Shown here one piece after another: positions 59,338 through 64,000 of a stretch of DNA of 64,000 nt. A program made the position numbers and the translations under genes. The notes beneath the pieces are model-generated. The model worked only from the letters and a program-made list of their open reading frames with translations, made no database searches and was not told the origin of the DNA. Location: positions 153 to 64,152 of the forward strand of contig JBOFNI010000109.1 of assembly GCA_051658845.1 (NCBI GenBank). Reading direction: 5' to 3'. Position 1 is the stretch's first letter. Every line of letters starts with the position of its first letter. This stretch comes from Brevinema sp. Its GTDB lineage: Bacteria; Spirochaetota; Brevinematia; Brevinematales; Brevinemataceae.

Positions 59338-59853
59338 CTAGAAATACTTACCTTGAGAAATAAAATAGCGATTATCCGCGTGAAAAAAAGATAATTTATA
59401 CAACACAAAAGAATTTTTTGGATGATCTTTATATTTAAATTGTAAGATCATAATCTTTTCATCTTGATAAAAATTAACTAATTCATTATTGAATATATAT
59501 CCTTCACAAGATTCTTTATGAGGAATTTCCGCATAAAATTTTTCTGCCCAAGTCTCTACCTGTTCAATATTTTGGAGAATGGTGAGATTCGCTTTATCGG
59601 AAATGGTAATAAATGATGTAAACAGACTTAAAATATACTCCACTGTCGTCTCTTTAATAACCATTTCACCTATTTCTATGGACACTCCCCCAAAAATCTT
59701 AATAATAGGATAAGAGTGTTCTATTTCCCAAGATGTTTCAATATTTTTATCAATATATTTCTGTACTAATAATTTTAATGCCTGCTCATCCGCTATGATC
59801 CGATAGTCGTATAAAAGCTTTTTTGTCCAAGTAATGCTAACTCTCTTATCCAT
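59338..59853 (-). CDS. hypothetical protein, 171 aa
   Basis: ORF begins 17 nt after the cyclase stop on the same strand. No TM segment, signal peptide or recognisable motif. Confidence 0.5.
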   Translation of the reverse strand: MDKRVSITWTKKLLYDYRIIADEQALKLLVQKYIDKNIETSWEIEHSYPIIKIFGGVSIEIGEMVIKETTVEYILSLFTSFITISDKANLTILQNIEQVETWAEKFYAEIPHKESCEGYIFNNELVNFYQDEKIMILQFKYKDHPKNSFVLYKLSFFHADNRYFISQGKYF

Positions 59854-59870
59854 ATACTACCTTTTATATA

Positions 59871-61589
59871 TTATTTTTTTTCCCATGTTTCTACCCCTTC
59901 CCAATGCTCCGGAGGATTTATCATAAGATATTCACAACGTTCTCTATAAAGCTGCGCTAAATAATGCATGGGTGGTAATGCTTTAAACAATACCAAGGCT
60001 TGCTCAAAATCCCCTTGATAATAATAATACTGAGCCTCGTGATATTGGGTATAGAATGCTTCTTCTTTTTGGGTCATTGATAATTTCAATTTTGGTGCAT
60101 AAATTACTACAGGATTCTTTTTCCCTTTAACCCTTACTGTATCAACATTAATAAAAATATACGGAGAAAAATCTATTAACGCCGTTTTTGTAAATTCACT
60201 GATTAGAATTGGCATCTGATAAAACTTTGTTAATCCTTCTAAACGAGCTCCTAAATTTACCGCATCTCCAATAACCGTATAATCCAGTTTTTGTTCAGAT
60301 CCAATATTCCCAACAATAGCATCACCTGTATTAATACCAATACCAATCTCAAAAGTAATTTTACCTAAAGATTTTTGTTTTTGATTAAAATTTTGTAACT
60401 CCTGTAACATCAATAATGAAGATCTTAGAGCATCATCCGCTGCCGTTGGAGAAACAGCAGGTGCCCCAAAAACACCCATAATCGCATCACCAATAAATTT
60501 ATCAATAATACCTCTGTTATTGATTACTTGCTCTACCATCCCCGTAAAATAAGCATTCAAAGATAACACCAACTCTTCAGGAGATATCTTTTCCGATATG
60601 GTTGTAAAATCACGAATATCAGAAAATAACATCGTAACATTTTGTTTTACACCGATCAGCATCGTATCCGTAGAACGATTCAACACATAATCGATCACAT
60701 CACTTGGTACATATTTTTGGAAAATAAAGCGAATCCTTTCTTCTTTTTGCTTGGCCAATACCGTTTGGTAAGCATAGTTTTTAATTTGATTATAAGACTT
60801 TTCCAATTCTTGGATCATATTGTTAAAATATTGACCTAAAATACCAATTTCATCAGGGTATAAAATCCGAACTCTTTTACTAAAATCCATACTATCCGTA
60901 ATCAATTTGATCGTTTCGACACAATTTGTAAGCGGTTTAGTAATAAAATTCACAAAGGACAAAACCAAAACCGTTAAAATAATCAAACTAATTACCACAA
61001 TTACAATCAAATAGGTCATAATTTCTTTCACAGGGGCGTAGAACTGTTTTTCATCGCTCAATAAAACAAACCAACTCTGGATTTCTGTATTTGGAATAAA
61101 AATACCAACTAACGATCCCTTAAGCACCGTATCAATGTTAATCCAGCTATTATAAGCATCTGGGTTCTGTCTCCTATTCCTCTCTTGTTCAGACATCATT
61201 TGGTATAATGACTCCAAATCACTCGAAACAATATTAGAATCAAAGGTATAAATCAAGCGACTGTTTGTTTGATAATCATAAGGAAGTATTAAAAAAGTTT
61301 CTTGATTAAACTTTTGGGCATAGGACAAGATAATATTATTAAAGATATTTTGAGTATCTTCGTTGAGTTCTGTGGGTAAAGCTTGATTTTGGGTATAATC
61401 TACAACTTCTTTTAAACGATAGCCGATAAATTCTTTAGCAATATTAGTAATACTCTTATTAATCGAAAAATAAGCCGTAATACCAAAAAAAATAAAAGAA
61501 ATCAAAAATAAGGGAAACACAACAAAGAGTATTTTGTATCTTAATGTCCGTTTAATAGAAACAGATTTTATTTGATAATTAGATTCCAA
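59871..61589 (-). CDS. membrane-bound class III adenylate/guanylate cyclase with periplasmic sensor and HAMP domain
   Basis: Two TM segments flank a ~150-aa loop. HAMP (..DEIGILGQYFNNMIQEL..). Cyclase motifs LFSDIRDFT, KFIGDAIMGVFGAP, GINTGDAIVGNIG, YTVIGDAVNLGARLE. Confidence 0.88.
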   Translation of the reverse strand: MESNYQIKSVSIKRTLRYKILFVVFPLFLISFIFFGITAYFSINKSITNIAKEFIGYRLKEVVDYTQNQALPTELNEDTQNIFNNIILSYAQKFNQETFLILPYDYQTNSRLIYTFDSNIVSSDLESLYQMMSEQERNRRQNPDAYNSWINIDTVLKGSLVGIFIPNTEIQSWFVLLSDEKQFYAPVKEIMTYLIVIVVISLIILTVLVLSFVNFITKPLTNCVETIKLITDSMDFSKRVRILYPDEIGILGQYFNNMIQELEKSYNQIKNYAYQTVLAKQKEERIRFIFQKYVPSDVIDYVLNRSTDTMLIGVKQNVTMLFSDIRDFTTISEKISPEELVLSLNAYFTGMVEQVINNRGIIDKFIGDAIMGVFGAPAVSPTAADDALRSSLLMLQELQNFNQKQKSLGKITFEIGIGINTGDAIVGNIGSEQKLDYTVIGDAVNLGARLEGLTKFYQMPILISEFTKTALIDFSPYIFINVDTVRVKGKKNPVVIYAPKLKLSMTQKEEAFYTQYHEAQYYYYQGDFEQALVLFKALPPMHYLAQLYRERCEYLMINPPEHWEGVETWEKK

Positions 61590-61786
61590 TTTTTAATCCT
61601 TACTTGTTAAAAACAAATTAATAATATTATTATCGTATAATTATCCAAAAAAAATCAATTTTATTTCATAATAATTTATGTAATATTGGATTTTTCATTT
61701 CTCTATCACAAAATATCAGCAATCATCCTTTGTAATGACCATTGTTTATACAGATGCTTAATAAAATAAAAAAATGAGTGAAAAAC

Positions 61787-61824
61787 TTGCATTTAATTAA
61801 AAATATTGTATAATTTTATACAAT
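61787..61824 (+). promoter_or_regulatory. candidate promoter with overlapping perfect palindrome, upstream of the GAF-HTH gene
   Basis: TTGCAT (61787-61792), 16 nt, TATAAT (61809-61814). ATTGTATA-attt-TATACAAT (61805-61824) is a perfect 8-4-8 inverted repeat covering the -10. Confidence 0.5.
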
Positions 61825-61889
61825 GATTAAATAATTTTAAATTAATATCTATTCTATTTATTCTATCATCATAGAATCAGGAGACCCTC

Positions 61890-62990
61890 ATGCCATACCA
61901 ACTTGAAAGCTATATCAAAGATTTAAAACAAGTTTACTATCTTACTTCTGCAATGCAAAAATATACAGACTTAAAACAACTCCTTAGTGTGATGCTTAAA
62001 GAGTGTATTTCTATCACTCAAGCCACAGGTGGTTCTATTATGTTTCGACATAAACAGTCTGACCGCCTGTTTTTTTATGTTACGGAAGGACTAGATCAAC
62101 AAAGTCTTGATAAAACAAATATGAGTGTTGGAGACGGAATTGCCGGTACGGTTATTGCCGAAGGGATTCCAAAAATTATTAACGATATTATGCTGGATCC
62201 AAAGTATATCACGATAAATTCTAATGTTCGTTCTGAAATGGCCGTCCCTATTATTGTAGAAAATACTGTCTTAGGTGTTATCGTTCTTGACCAAACAAAT
62301 GTTGGTGCTTTTACCGACAAACATTTAGAATTAGTTCAAATGGTCTGTAGCTATACGGGATTTATTATTTCTTATCATATAAAAGCTCTAACTGCTGAAA
62401 AAACATCTCGTCTCCTAGAAAATATGATTCATATTACTTCCATAGTATCAGCAGAAGATATTTTTAAAATTCTAACGAAAGAATTAAAAGCAGAAAGTGC
62501 CTGTATTATTAATGAGCAGGGTAAAATACTATTTCAGGAAGGGACTCTCGTTGAAGACATTTCTCTTACTCCTAAAATTTTTGAACAATCCAACTGTACT
62601 CTTCTCAAAACAGAAAATAATCAACACATTCCCTATACAAGAATTATTATCCCTCGCATTCGGAAGGATATGACTTTTATTGCTGATAAAATTTATTACT
62701 TTTCGGAAAATGTACAAATTGATATTGATTTTGCCGATAAAATCCTCGAGTTTCTTGCTACTAAAGATTCCAAATTCCACCATGACGAAACATTATCCCA
62801 ATGGGCAGAGCGTAAAATGGAAGCTCCGGCAGGACAAGTGTACGATCTTGCTGTCGGAAGTATCGAAAAAGAAATCATTGTTGCTGCTCTTAACAAACTC
62901 AAATATAACCGATTAAAAACGGCAAAATTCTTAGGTATTAATCGAAATACCTTAAGACATAAAATGGAGATTTTTGGCTTAGAACTATAG
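61890..62990 (+). CDS. GAF-domain transcriptional regulator with C-terminal Fis-type HTH, no AAA+ domain
   Basis: GAF pattern (..GIAGTVIAEGIPKIINDI..SEMAVPIIVENTVLGVIVLDQ..). C-terminus EKEIIVAALNKLKYNRLKTAKFLGINRNTLRHKMEIFGL is HTH_8-like. No Walker A or GAFTGA in between. AGGAG RBS. Confidence 0.8.
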   Translation: MPYQLESYIKDLKQVYYLTSAMQKYTDLKQLLSVMLKECISITQATGGSIMFRHKQSDRLFFYVTEGLDQQSLDKTNMSVGDGIAGTVIAEGIPKIINDIMLDPKYITINSNVRSEMAVPIIVENTVLGVIVLDQTNVGAFTDKHLELVQMVCSYTGFIISYHIKALTAEKTSRLLENMIHITSIVSAEDIFKILTKELKAESACIINEQGKILFQEGTLVEDISLTPKIFEQSNCTLLKTENNQHIPYTRIIIPRIRKDMTFIADKIYYFSENVQIDIDFADKILEFLATKDSKFHHDETLSQWAERKMEAPAGQVYDLAVGSIEKEIIVAALNKLKYNRLKTAKFLGINRNTLRHKMEIFGLEL

Positions 62991-63021
62991 TATTAAGACG
63001 ATTAAAGTCTATCAAATCAAC

Positions 63022-64000
63022 TTACGATAGTGCATTTCTTGAATTTTTTAAGTCCTCTAAAAGACGATACTGTTCGTCTAACAAAGGAAAAAGTTCATCA
63101 ATTTTTGTGTATTCCAAAGCCAGTGCTTTCCTTAGGATTACTATTTCATTTCCTTGCTTTTGAAATAATTCTTCTTGAATATCTTTGATCCGAAGTTCTG
63201 CTTGATGAATTTCTTCTTCCAAACCACTAATTTCGTTATTACACTGCTTAATCCGAACATTATATTCCTGTTTCAGAGGTGGGTTTTTCTTTTCTTGAGA
63301 TGACTTTTTAGATGATTTTTTTTTGATAGGTTCTTCTTCGGAAAATCCTTTGTCTTCCAAAAATTCTTGGTAGGTACCGAGAAATACATAAGGAAAATCC
63401 CCATCAAAAATAATTAATTTATTCGCTATATTATGAAGAATCATTTCGTTATGAGTCACTAATACAACCGCCCCTTCATAGACACTTAATGCTTCTACTA
63501 GAGAGTCAATACTCTGCATATCCAAATGATTAGAAGGCTCATCCAAGAGTAGACAATGAGTAGGGCTAGCGATTAATTTCCCTAATAAAACACGAGCCTT
63601 CTCCCCTCCGGACAGCACCTCACATTTTTTAAGAGCCATTGGTCCTTCAAACATCATTGCTCCTGCAATACTTCGCGCTTTTTCTCTATTATTATTAGGG
63701 AGTACCGTAGCTATTTCTTCCTCAACCGTAAACTGAGAATTCAACTCCTGCTCTGCCACCTGTCCATAATAACCTACTAATAATTGAGGGTGCTTTTTTA
63801 TCGTTCCTACTAATAGTTCTAATTGCTGAGCCAATAATCTCAATAATGTCGATTTACCACGTCCATTTTTCCCAACAATCGCAACCTTATCTCCTTTAGA
63901 GATTTCAAAGCTTAAATTGTTAATCAATAAATGGTCTTCTTGATACCCAAAACTAAGATCATCAATACTCATCATGACTCTCGTATCAAAAGCTTTAAAA
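63022..64000 (-). CDS. ABC-F family ATPase, C-terminal part (5' end outside window)
   Basis: Frame stays open upstream of the listed Met to base 64000. NBD with GKNGRGKST, LSGGEKARVLL, LLLDEPSNHLD, followed by a C-terminal coiled coil. No TM domain. Confidence 0.85.
   Translation of the reverse strand, partial: FKAFDTRVMMSIDDLSFGYQEDHLLINNLSFEISKGDKVAIVGKNGRGKSTLLRLLAQQLELLVGTIKKHPQLLVGYYGQVAEQELNSQFTVEEEIATVLPNNNREKARSIAGAMMFEGPMALKKCEVLSGGEKARVLLGKLIASPTHCLLLDEPSNHLDMQSIDSLVEALSVYEGAVVLVTHNEMILHNIANKLIIFDGDFPYVFLGTYQEFLEDKGFSEEEPIKKKSSKKSSQEKKNPPLKQEYNVRIKQCNNEISGLEEEIHQAELRIKDIQEELFQKQGNEIVILRKALALEYTKIDELFPLLDEQYRLLEDLKNSRNALS

Noticed and set aside
59338-61589. Cyclase plus small downstream gene as a Pycsar/CBASS-like anti-phage signalling pair.
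   Set aside because: The cyclase is a membrane sensor with HAMP, typical of signal transduction. The downstream protein has no TM, TIR, nuclease or cNMP-binding features, and there is no mobile or defence context.

Overview
AT-rich bacterial chromosomal window (about one-third G+C by eye), densely coding and mostly housekeeping or carbohydrate-uptake genes. Taxon cannot be fixed without a search. Lipoprotein-type solute-binding proteins, a HAMP/class III cyclase, ybaB-recR-dnaX, PFOR and grpE-dnaK-dnaJ without hrcA or CIRCE are compatible with a low-GC spirochaete-like or similar anaerobe (weak inference). Order of content: pstC(partial)-pstA-pstB; lipoprotein; alpha-carbonic anhydrase; a 1.3-kb non-coding gap with a decayed repeat element; thiD; gntP-glxK; solitary fabD; stand-alone ABC transmembrane protein; feo locus, including an untracked 45-aa Cys-rich membrane ORF; mglBAC divergent from galKTM; a second, inverted copy of the decayed element; xylA-GH31-SSS symporter; grpE-dnaK-dnaJ; HEAT-repeat protein; an arabinose/beta-L-arabinofuranoside locus (CUT2 ABC transporter, GH127-like, FGGY kinase, araA, araC-type regulator); lipoprotein plus ankyrin pair; Gfo/Idh/MocA oxidoreductase; a GmrSD-like DUF262/DUF1524 gene interrupted by an in-frame TAG; pyk; a membrane protein with a perfect 36-bp acidic tandem repeat; nifJ (PFOR); recR-ybaB-dnaX; hup; HAMP adenylate cyclase plus an unknown 171-aa ORF, divergent from a GAF/Fis-HTH regulator that lacks an AAA+ domain; ABC-F (partial). 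I see no rRNA, tRNA, CRISPR array, intact transposase or integrase, and no clear novel multi-gene defence or mobile system. The best second-look items are: (1) two mutually inverted ~0.6-0.8-kb TIR-bounded elements bracketing a 16.9-kb block; (2) the cyclase / GAF-HTH divergent pair with a perfect palindrome over the regulator's -10; (3) the amber-interrupted GmrSD-like gene; (4) the polyacidic tandem-repeat membrane protein apparently co-transcribed with pyk; (5) unannotated small ORFs at the feo locus. All identities come from reading translated motifs and aligning by eye, with no database search run.
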